NCBI GenBank assembly: GCA_964621445.1
Contig: CAZUNO010000040.1
Location: forward strand, 1 to 17,146
DNA from: Candidatus Hadarchaeota archaeon
Lineage (GTDB): Archaea > CAYQAE01 > CAYVLA01
Length of the DNA: 17,146 nt
Reading direction: 5' to 3'
The notes under the pieces were generated by a model, which worked only from the letters and a program-made list of their open reading frames with translations, made no database searches and had not been told where the DNA came from. Positions 8,801 through 15,252 of this stretch are shown piece after piece (the stretch's first letter is position 1; every line of letters starts with the position of its first letter). Made by a program: the position numbers and the translations under genes.

Positions 8801-8895
8801 GAGTAGCCGACTTCAGGGAAGTGATCAAGGGTTACTCCAAGGGAGAAGCCCGAGAAGAGGCCTCCCGCTGCCTAAGATGTGATATAAGCTATTGA
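5824..8895 (+). CDS. Fused HydB/NuoF-like NADH:FMN module and GltD/NfnB-like NAD(P)H:FAD oxidoreductase with an N-terminal thioredoxin-like [2Fe-2S] domain
   Basis: N-terminus MGTCGIASG...VGCCGACHQEP. NuoF motifs GRGGAGFPTG, CNADEGDPGAYMDR, GAGAFVCGEETAL, GGPSGG and the [4Fe-4S] motif ESCGKCTPCR...SLCGLG, followed by H...C.A..C. GltD part: PCQHACP, CGRVCVHFCENKCRR, IIGGGPAGLSAA, IGGGNVAIDVAR, YRRERKDMPA, FAGGDAVTG, EASRCLRCD. The start is TTG 5821 or ATG 5824. Confidence 0.92.
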   Translation: MSSKSISSQGELQKLGQRAKSSIENSSARTIVRIHMGTCGIASGSREAKNYLEENLEDLGLDLRVLEVGCCGACHQEPMITVIDPDGTETMYGDLDQEKLDIIINDHLANGNIVEDLKTDGNSPFFQKQEKRVTRLLGVVDPYDILDYLAYDGYRGLAKALSMNPEETIAEVKESGLKGRGGAGFPTGVKWGFAANAQGDKKYMICNADEGDPGAYMDRAIIEGSPHSVLEGLAIAAHAIGANEGFVYIRAEYPLAVKILRNAIKQAREYGLLGKNILGSGFNFDIQIYLGAGAFVCGEETALIASIEGKRGNPVPKPPFPANKGLHGKPTIINNVKTLSNVPLIFLKGADWFSSVGTETSKGTMIFSLTGKVKRAGLIEVPLGIPLGDIIFDIGGGIPSGKEFKAVQLGGPSGGCIPSQYLNTPVDYHDIEALGAIMGSGGMIVMDEDSCMPDMARFFMEFTKEESCGKCTPCRAGIPQMLRLLDKIVEGGAIPEDLERLEDLALTIKDCSLCGLGQTAPNPVLSTLRHFRDEYLAHIIDQKCSAATCETLFRSPCQHACPLGNDIPGALWLIKQGRYEDAFKLIRRFNPLPSVCGRVCVHFCENKCRRSQIDENLSINHLLRCASDQALKAGVDYHPDIQEDRNQRIAIIGGGPAGLSAAYDLALYGYKVKIFEATSEVGGMLIWGIPAYRLPRDVFRADVKVLRDLGVEIEVNRKIEDPQELLEKGYDAVFVATGLPEGRKLGLEGEDLEGSYEGLDLLRRINSGEQIEVGNSVVIIGGGNVAIDVARVCRRMGAEDVRILYRRERKDMPAIDNEIEDALEEGVTIIPLTTVERVLGKGGKVSGLVCSRMELGVFDSSCRRRPKKMEDSEFQMEVDTFIQAVGQKPEEGVFEGKLELNDRELISVNNRTLETDVKGIFAGGDAVTGASTVVEAIAAGQSAALSIHCHVQGRQIPERMRREIGESLDLPYEEVEVDEGQRVSWGCCPPKERVADFREVIKGYSKGEAREEASRCLRCDISY

Positions 8896-8905
8896 TATCT
8901 TGGGG

Positions 8906-10141
8906 CTACCTCGTTGAACGGGTTATACGGACCTCCTTGAATGCAGAACGCCTTATCATAAGGGCCCAGATGATGGAGCCGCAAATAATCAGGGTGGAGG
9001 CAACGACCATCCACTCGATAACATAGACCCAGAAAAGAGCATTCTCCTTGGCCTCCACGGCCATTTGTTCCACCTTCTTGGTTTCAGATATTGCGTCTTC
9101 TATCAAACCAAGAGCTTCCTGGTATTCTCCTTCCAGGTAAAACCCGTCAGATTCCTCCCTCAGGGACCTTATCTGATACATGCTCTGCTCCACTTCGCCC
9201 ATATTTGCACCGAACTTGTCGGCAAATTCCACCAAACTCAATAGCAGCTTGTTTTCCACCCGGTACTGGTGCCATTTCCTGCGGAGTTCATGTACGGTCA
9301 ATAAATCGTCAGGGAGGGGGAAGTCCACCGTGTAGTAGTAGGTGTGGAGCACGCTATCCTGAAAATACTGCCACTGGTTGAAATCACACCCGAAGACGCC
9401 AAATATATTCTGACAACCAACGAATCTTCCCTCCCCCACATCCCAATAGAACCAAAGCGGGGTTCTCTTGGTATCATCCGATTCGATGATCACCGTGGAG
9501 CCATCCTTCGGGGCGACGAAGTTGTAGGGGAAGAAGCAGGGAGCCTCCTGCCAGGGTATGCTCTGGGCCAGCTCATTCTCCGGGGCTGCAATTCTTAGTT
9601 TGGGAGTGTAGGCCTTGGAATGTTCCCCCCTCTCGCATTTCACCGGCAGGACTTCATCCAACACGGTATCTCCCCAGCTCGGGAATGCACCATAGCCACC
9701 AAAACCCTGAGAGCCACCAGTCATCAGGCAACCCAGCCCGTCATTGAGAACACTGTCACGGAACCATGCAATATTCTGGGGGGTGAATATCCGGCGATCG
9801 ATATTTGCCAGTAAAATCAGGTCGATGCTTCCTACAAAGGAATGATAGCTTCTCGGTAGATAGATCCTGGCCACTCTTTTGGCGTGGGTGAGGTCTATGG
9901 CCGGACTGGCAAGACTGAGGTGTGGGACTGTGGCACGTACATCGAATCTGGGATCTTCCATTGCAAATAGAAAGACCTCGGCCCACCCTGACCATCCGGA
10001 AACGGGGAGTCCGCCGAGTAAGGCCCTTATTCTATTGGTCTCCGGATCGGTCCGGGTTTCCATACCATTGGTTGATACCAATAGGAAGAGGGAAAAAACT
10101 ACCATTACCGTTATCTTGGCCCGACCAGGCATTTTACCCAC
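8906..10141 (-). CDS. Secreted, C-terminally membrane-anchored protein with a putative class-I glutamine amidotransferase-like (GATase1_like/DUF1355) domain
   Basis: Signal peptide (KITVMVVFSLFLLVS). DLILLANI, GLGCLMTGGSQGFGGYG..WGDTVLDEVLPV and WDVGEGRFVG match the GATase1-like pattern. An acidic helical stalk precedes a C-terminal TM and the tail LMIRRSAFKEVRITR. Confidence 0.8.
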   Translation of the reverse strand: MGKMPGRAKITVMVVFSLFLLVSTNGMETRTDPETNRIRALLGGLPVSGWSGWAEVFLFAMEDPRFDVRATVPHLSLASPAIDLTHAKRVARIYLPRSYHSFVGSIDLILLANIDRRIFTPQNIAWFRDSVLNDGLGCLMTGGSQGFGGYGAFPSWGDTVLDEVLPVKCERGEHSKAYTPKLRIAAPENELAQSIPWQEAPCFFPYNFVAPKDGSTVIIESDDTKRTPLWFYWDVGEGRFVGCQNIFGVFGCDFNQWQYFQDSVLHTYYYTVDFPLPDDLLTVHELRRKWHQYRVENKLLLSLVEFADKFGANMGEVEQSMYQIRSLREESDGFYLEGEYQEALGLIEDAISETKKVEQMAVEAKENALFWVYVIEWMVVASTLIICGSIIWALMIRRSAFKEVRITRSTR

Positions 10142-10162
10142 CGGGTTTTTCCGTACTCCCTT

Positions 10163-10190
10163 CTTATATCAATTCTCGAATCCCGGATTC
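10163..10190 (-). promoter_or_regulatory. Possible TATA-like element (GATATAAG) with an adjacent perfect palindrome GAATCC-C-GGATTC
   Basis: The TATA-like sequence lies about 25 nt upstream of the GTG at 10141, consistent with a leaderless transcript. The palindrome at 10178-10190 is just upstream of it. Confidence 0.35.
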
Positions 10191-10222
10191 CGGACCGAAA
10201 AATGGAAGCAGTGGCGAATTTT

Positions 10223-10999
10223 TTACATAGGTCGGAGGGTTCCGAAGAATACCTGCCAGGCGAGGGCCGTCTTAGCAACGAGACTGAGAATTATGTAGAA
10301 CCTCTCTCCATACAGGTAATCGCTCCATGGCCCGATCTTCTTGTATTGAAGTATCATGTTGATGGCAAAGACGTTGAAGAAGAAGGCTATGGATATGTAT
10401 ATGTATAATACAAAGTCCGGTATGGAACCCGCGGACGCAATGCTCGCCCCGGCGAAGTAAATACCAATGACGGCCCAGGGCACTATCCCGGCAAGGACCC
10501 CGATGTAATAGGCGGCCCAACTCGTTTCCTCCGTGGTTTGGTTATGCAGTTCCATCATAAGGCCGCAGAGATTCATGATGGCGTTGACCACGAAGATGGG
10601 GAGCAGCGTCCCGATGTCATAGATGCCCACTAGCATGGCAATGACAACGATCATGACTGAGGAGCTAATCGAGTACTCGTACCATCGGGCGTAGTTTATG
10701 TGCTTCTTTAGGTTCTTAACGTACCAAGGATAGCCCCAGGGGGAAGCTAGAGTGAAATGAGCAATGGCAGATATCAGCAGGAAGAGGGCGACAAGTGGCC
10801 CAATTGGGATTTCCATAAGCGTGTTGGTCTCTAGAACCAGAGATCTGGTCGCTTCATCGAATGTAAGGTATGAGGCATTCAGCGGAAGCGAGAAATCGTT
10901 GCTTAATATAAACATTAATCCTGATTGGATCAGGTGTATAACGCCCATCACGGCATTAAACCGTCTTAACTTTGGAAATTTTTCTTCATCAGAACTCAA
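10223..10999 (-). CDS. heR: Heliorhodopsin
   Basis: Seven hydrophobic segments and a basic N-terminus (KLRRFN, consistent with inverted topology). Motifs: TM1 His/Gln (IHLIQ), TM2 His (AIAHF), TM3 RWYEYSISSS (counterion Glu), GLMMELHNQ, LQYKKIGPW..Y..GE..YIILSLVAK (retinal Lys, codon 10271-10273) and C-terminal GTLRPM, all as in the Thermoplasmatales HeR. The start is TTG 10999 (GGGGG upstream) or TTG 11014. Confidence 0.97.
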   Translation of the reverse strand: MSSDEEKFPKLRRFNAVMGVIHLIQSGLMFILSNDFSLPLNASYLTFDEATRSLVLETNTLMEIPIGPLVALFLLISAIAHFTLASPWGYPWYVKNLKKHINYARWYEYSISSSVMIVVIAMLVGIYDIGTLLPIFVVNAIMNLCGLMMELHNQTTEETSWAAYYIGVLAGIVPWAVIGIYFAGASIASAGSIPDFVLYIYISIAFFFNVFAINMILQYKKIGPWSDYLYGERFYIILSLVAKTALAWQVFFGTLRPM

Positions 11000-11043
11000 A
11001 GGATTGCCCCCCAAGATTGGGATTCAAAATGAACTACCCCTAC

Positions 11044-11520
11044 TTAAGTATTCCGATTGGGATGGCCAAGTTCATAATTTCCGATGAGTCCCCAGTCCTC
11101 TACTTTCTCCTTGGAGCCTCTCTTGAAATGAATCATAACGGGAGCTTGATCTAGTTTCCTGCTCCTGATCAGCTTTCTATCTCCGTATTGAATGGCCTCG
11201 AGTACCAGCGGCATCTCCTTCCTGAATATCGATTCCCGCCAATTGGCCGGCCCTAGAACAAACCCACCGCTGACATGGCAGTATATATGGAGCTCGTTTC
11301 CCGATCCGGTCTGCTTCCAGGCCGCCAGGATTTCATCCCTCATGAGTCGAGTATATATTCCGGATATCTGGGACTTGTCATATTCGAGGCCGACGGTGAG
11401 AAAAAGATCGCCGGTTAAGTCGGAATGGGTGAGTGTATATTTACGAGAGCTTATAGGTCCATCTTCCGTAGCACCCGGGAGGTAATGAATCTCTAACTTA
11501 TCCGGTTGAAGGCGACTCAT
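11044..11520 (-). CDS. Staygreen (SGR) family protein, homolog of plant chlorophyll Mg-dechelatase
   Basis: Full set of Staygreen motifs: L.P.KL, RKYTLTHSDLTGDLFLTVG, YTRLMRDEILAAW, LHIYCHVSGG, IFRKEMPLVLEAIQYGD, L.QAPVMIHF and E.WG.I..Y. The start is ATG 11520 (MSRLQPDKL) or ATG 11541. Confidence 0.92.
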   Translation of the reverse strand: MSRLQPDKLEIHYLPGATEDGPISSRKYTLTHSDLTGDLFLTVGLEYDKSQISGIYTRLMRDEILAAWKQTGSGNELHIYCHVSGGFVLGPANWRESIFRKEMPLVLEAIQYGDRKLIRSRKLDQAPVMIHFKRGSKEKVEDWGLIGNYELGHPNRNT

Positions 11521-11696
11521 GAACGCTTTCTGCTTTTCCATTTAGTCATCCAATGGATAAAAAACAGTTGGCGAAGTGTCCAAATATTGCTCGACCTATC
11601 AGGTTAGCGTGCCCCACGGTATCATAATTCCACAATATTTATTAGATGTCCCGCTCCGGTTTGGAGGCACGACCCGTACGGTGGAAGGTTTGTGAA

Positions 11697-12887
11697 ATGT
11701 CTTTAGTAAATAATAGTAGGAATATTGAGAGTGGCTCCTCCAAGAGGAGCAGAATACCTCTGGCAGTAGTTGCTTTGATTGTGGTTGCAATTGTTGCCCT
11801 GGCAGGCTGCATATCGAGCGAAGAGAAAACGGCCAAGATAGGAGTGATGATGTGTCTTTCCGGGGACCTTGGGCCGGTCGGGCCTGACCTGGTTCAGGGA
11901 ATTGAACTTGCGGCCTGGGATGCCAACAGGAAAGGTGACGTTAACGTCAGCCTCATAATTGAGGACACGGCCACCTCAGCGGACAAGGCGGTGGAGGTCG
12001 GGACGAAACTCATAGATATTGATGGTGTTCAGGTCATAGTAGGCCCCATGATGTCCCCGAGCGTTCTCTCCCTAGCTACAAAGGCACAGGAGGCGGAGGT
12101 CGTTTTGATAAGCCCATCAGGAACGGCGGCCTCAATTAGCGACGCCGGTGAGTATGTGTTCCGGGTTTGTCCCTCCGACGATCTTCAGGGAAAGGCACTG
12201 GCAGATCTGGCCGAGGAGAAAGGCTATACCAAGGTAGCTACCATGGTCGTGAACAACGATTATGGAGTCGGCCTGGAGGAGACCTTTGAGGAGAACTTCC
12301 CGGGCGAGGTTACCGAGAATATTAGATTTGAATCCGGTAGAGCCGATTACCTCACCGAACTGGAGAGCATAAAGGGAACAGAGCCGGAGGCAATAATGCT
12401 TGTGGCCTATCCCGAGAGCGGCACGGTCATTCTGAAGCAGGCGCTGGAGCTCAACCTGGGAACTGAGTGGATAGCTGCAGAAGGTATTGCCGATCCCGTG
12501 ATGCTTGAAAATCAGGAGATCATTCCCGAGCTGGAGAAGATGTTGTTCACTAAGCCATCCAGCCCCGAGGACCTTCAGACCTACCAGGATTTCCTTGACC
12601 TCTTCCACGAGAAGTATGGCGACGACCAGGAGCCAGGGATATACGCGGAGTACGCCTTTGACGCCACCAATCTGGCCATTGAGGCCATCAAAGAGGTCGG
12701 GAACAACGGTAAGGAGATAAATGATGCCCTTTACGACATAAGCGATGGATATAAGGGTGCAAGCGGGGACAAGACCTTCGACGAGAACGGAGACGTTGTG
12801 TCCGATTTCGATATTCTTGGAGTCCAGAACGACGAGATGGTTTCCGTGGGCAGCTGGATTGCGGGCGAAGTGACCCTTAACGAATAG
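11697..12887 (+). CDS. livK: Branched-chain amino acid (HAAT/LivJK-type) ABC transporter substrate-binding lipoprotein
   Basis: Basic N-region, hydrophobic stretch and archaeal lipobox LAGC. Motifs KIGVMMCLSG, IEDTAT, VGPMMS, ISPSGT, VFRVCPSDDLQG, NNDYGVGL, YAFDA and GASG..TFDENGD. Start taken at ATG 11697. The actual substrate is not determined. Confidence 0.88.
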   Translation: MSLVNNSRNIESGSSKRSRIPLAVVALIVVAIVALAGCISSEEKTAKIGVMMCLSGDLGPVGPDLVQGIELAAWDANRKGDVNVSLIIEDTATSADKAVEVGTKLIDIDGVQVIVGPMMSPSVLSLATKAQEAEVVLISPSGTAASISDAGEYVFRVCPSDDLQGKALADLAEEKGYTKVATMVVNNDYGVGLEETFEENFPGEVTENIRFESGRADYLTELESIKGTEPEAIMLVAYPESGTVILKQALELNLGTEWIAAEGIADPVMLENQEIIPELEKMLFTKPSSPEDLQTYQDFLDLFHEKYGDDQEPGIYAEYAFDATNLAIEAIKEVGNNGKEINDALYDISDGYKGASGDKTFDENGDVVSDFDILGVQNDEMVSVGSWIAGEVTLNE

Positions 12888-12924
12888 GGTGCTTCATTCG
12901 AAAGATGAAAAAGCTAGGAAATTA

Positions 12925-12956
12925 GGGTGTCGGCAGAACCGTCTCTACCGACACCC
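12925..12956. terminator. GC-rich intergenic stem-loop (terminator or mRNA-stabilising hairpin)
   Basis: GGGTGTCGG-c-AGA-accgtc-TCT-a-CCGACACCC forms a perfect 9-bp stem plus 3 bp, just downstream of the binding-protein gene. There is no canonical U-tract on the + strand. Confidence 0.5.
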
Positions 12957-12990
12957 ACAAATGTATTAGTAGCTCTGCCCTAGCCCAGCC

Positions 12991-13794
12991 ATGAATATCT
13001 CGGTACTCTCAGAAGATTGTGCTATGTATAATAGCGTTGGGATAGTTGCTGAACATGGCATATCCCTCCTGGTAAAAAGGGAAGGTCGGGAAATAATCTT
13101 CGATACCGGTCAATCGTCCGCGTTTCTTAGAAATGCGCGCACTATGGGAGAGGATTTGGAGGACGCTGAATATCTGGTTCTCAGTCACGCCCATTTTGAT
13201 CATACAGGAGGACTCCCCGAACTGATGGGGGAGTTGAAGGGAAGCCTGACGGTCGTATCTCATCCACAGGTTTTCGAGAGAAAATTGGACGATCAGGGTA
13301 ATGATGTGGGTTGCCCGGTTCCCCTTGATGAGATCCGTGAGAGGTTTGATGTGGTTCTTACCAGGGAGATAAGGGAGATTGTTGATGGTGTTTACCTCCT
13401 GACCGAGGTGCCGAGGACCTACGAGGATCCAGGAACCGTAGTTTTTCATCTACGTGATGGAAAGATGGAACCGGACCCGGTGGAAGATGACGCAAATCTG
13501 GTCGTTAGGACCGAGAAGGGGTTATTCATCGTCTGTGGTTGTGCTCACTCCGGGGTATTGAATATAGTAAATCACGCCGCAGAGGTCTTCGATGAGGAGA
13601 TATACGGAATAGCCGGGGGATTACATCTTTTTGACGCTTCAAGGGAGAGGGTAGATGCTGTAATGCATCGTTTTAGGGAACTTGGAATTAAGAGGATTCA
13701 TCCCTGTCATTGCACCGGTATCGAGGCTACCTATCTGATGATGAGAGAACTCGGAGCGGAGAGGGTAAGCTCCGGGCAGTGTATAGAGATCTAA
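12991..13794 (+). CDS. MBL-fold metallo-hydrolase, MJ0301/Tflp-like (archaeal dihydropteroate-synthase-like MBL subgroup)
   Basis: Motifs EHGISLLV, IFDTGQ, LSHAHFDHTGG, DD..LV, GCAHSG, GGLHL and PCHCTG. Confidence 0.88.
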   Translation: MNISVLSEDCAMYNSVGIVAEHGISLLVKREGREIIFDTGQSSAFLRNARTMGEDLEDAEYLVLSHAHFDHTGGLPELMGELKGSLTVVSHPQVFERKLDDQGNDVGCPVPLDEIRERFDVVLTREIREIVDGVYLLTEVPRTYEDPGTVVFHLRDGKMEPDPVEDDANLVVRTEKGLFIVCGCAHSGVLNIVNHAAEVFDEEIYGIAGGLHLFDASRERVDAVMHRFRELGIKRIHPCHCTGIEATYLMMRELGAERVSSGQCIEI

Positions 13795-14504
13795 CCTGTC
13801 TTCTTTCCGAGGTAAAGCCTACCTATCTCCTTATGGTCCAGTATTGCGTCTCCTGTGCCGTCAAACGCCTTCTTGCCCATGACCAAAACGCAGCCACGAT
13901 CACAGATTGCCAGGGAATTCTTTGCGTTCTGTTCTACGAGCAGGATGGAGGTACCGGTTTCCCGGATCTTCTCGATCCTTTTCAGGATATCCTTCACTAA
14001 AACCGGCGATAACCCAGCCGTTGGCTCGTCCAGGAGCAGGAGCTTAGGGTCGGTCATCATGGCCCTTCCAACAGCGACCATCTGCCTCTGACCTCCGCTA
14101 AGATTGATGGCCTTCACATCCCTCTTTTCCTTGAGATCCGGGAATATATTGAATACCTCCTCCAGCATGTCCTCGCTATCATCGACGGTATATGCCCCCA
14201 TCTCTAGATTCTCCTGGACGGTCAGACTTGGAAATGCGTTCTCCAGTTGAGGTACATATCCCATCCCCTCCCTGACTACCCGGTGGGGACTCATGCCGGT
14301 GATGTCCTTTCCATCGAAGGTGATACTGCCTTCAACCGGGTTCAATATGCCGAATATGGTCTTAAGCAAGGTACTCTTCCCGGAACCGTTGGGACCGATT
14401 ATTACCAGGATCTCGTCTCTCTCTACCTCTATATCGACATTCTTTACGATTATCATCTTGTCGTATCCCGAGGAGATATTGTTAGCTTTCAGCACTTCAT
14501 CCAC
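13791..14504 (-). CDS. livF: Branched-chain amino acid ABC transporter ATP-binding protein LivF
   Basis: GPNGSGKST, GMGYVPQ, LTVQENLEMGA, LSGGQRQMVAVGRAMM, LLLDEPTAGLSP, LLVEQNA and terminal RLYLG. Confidence 0.93.
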   Translation of the reverse strand: MDEVLKANNISSGYDKMIIVKNVDIEVERDEILVIIGPNGSGKSTLLKTIFGILNPVEGSITFDGKDITGMSPHRVVREGMGYVPQLENAFPSLTVQENLEMGAYTVDDSEDMLEEVFNIFPDLKEKRDVKAINLSGGQRQMVAVGRAMMTDPKLLLLDEPTAGLSPVLVKDILKRIEKIRETGTSILLVEQNAKNSLAICDRGCVLVMGKKAFDGTGDAILDHKEIGRLYLGKKTG

Positions 14505-15252
14505 CCAGGTAGGCGTCTATCACCTTTCTGTTCTCTTGGATATCGCTGGGACTCCCTTTGGCAACGACCTTACCCTTGGTCAACACGTAGATTTCCTCGC
14601 AGAAATTCATAACTATGTCCATGTTATGCTCGATTACCAGGAAAGTGGTTCCCTCGTTCCTGATGTTCCTTATCTTGTCGAAGATCTTGGTAGCCAGGGT
14701 TGGATTCACTCCGGCCACTGGCTCGTCCAGAAGGACAAGCAGCGGGTCAGACATCAGGCATCTACCGAGCTCGAGGAGCTTTTGCTGGCCTCCGGACAGG
14801 TTGGATGCATATTCGTTTCTTAGTCTCTCTATTTCCAGAAAATGGAGGATCTCCGTGGCCTTTTCTATCAGGGACTCCTCCTGATCCCGGACGTTTCCCC
14901 AACGAAGAAATACATTGATCAGGCCCTCGCCCGCCTGCTCTCTCGGCGCCAGAAGCATATTTTCCATTACCGTCATCTTTGGGAAAACCCGGGTTACCTG
15001 GAAGCTTCTAACCAGTCTTTGTTGCGCCACCTGGTGAGGGCTAAGGTCCGTTATGTCCTTGCCCTGAAATAGAATCCTTCCCGAATCAGCTTCATAATGT
15101 CCAGCGATAACATTGATCATCGTGGTTTTACCGGAGCCGTTGGGTCCTATCAGACCAACCACCGTTGCCTCCTCTACCCCGAGGGAGGCCTTATCAAGGG
15201 CCCTTAGTCCTCCGAAATTCTTGCAGATATCCTGAACCTGAAGCAATGTCAC
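14497..15252 (-). CDS. livG: Branched-chain amino acid ABC transporter ATP-binding protein LivG
   Basis: KNFGGLRAL, GLIGPNGSGKTT, RSFQ, LSGGQQKLLELGR, LLDEPVAGVNP, IEHNMD and VIDAYLG. The true start is likely GTG 15252, a GTGA overlap with the livM stop, with a GGTGA RBS. Confidence 0.93.
   Translation of the reverse strand: MTLLQVQDICKNFGGLRALDKASLGVEEATVVGLIGPNGSGKTTMINVIAGHYEADSGRILFQGKDITDLSPHQVAQQRLVRSFQVTRVFPKMTVMENMLLAPREQAGEGLINVFLRWGNVRDQEESLIEKATEILHFLEIERLRNEYASNLSGGQQKLLELGRCLMSDPLLVLLDEPVAGVNPTLATKIFDKIRNIRNEGTTFLVIEHNMDIVMNFCEEIYVLTKGKVVAKGSPSDIQENRKVIDAYLGG

Noticed and set aside
10223-11014. Proton-pumping type-1 rhodopsin or phototrophy
   Set aside because: The motifs are heliorhodopsin-specific (RWxEY, SLVAK), not the DTD/DTE and DxxxK pump motifs.
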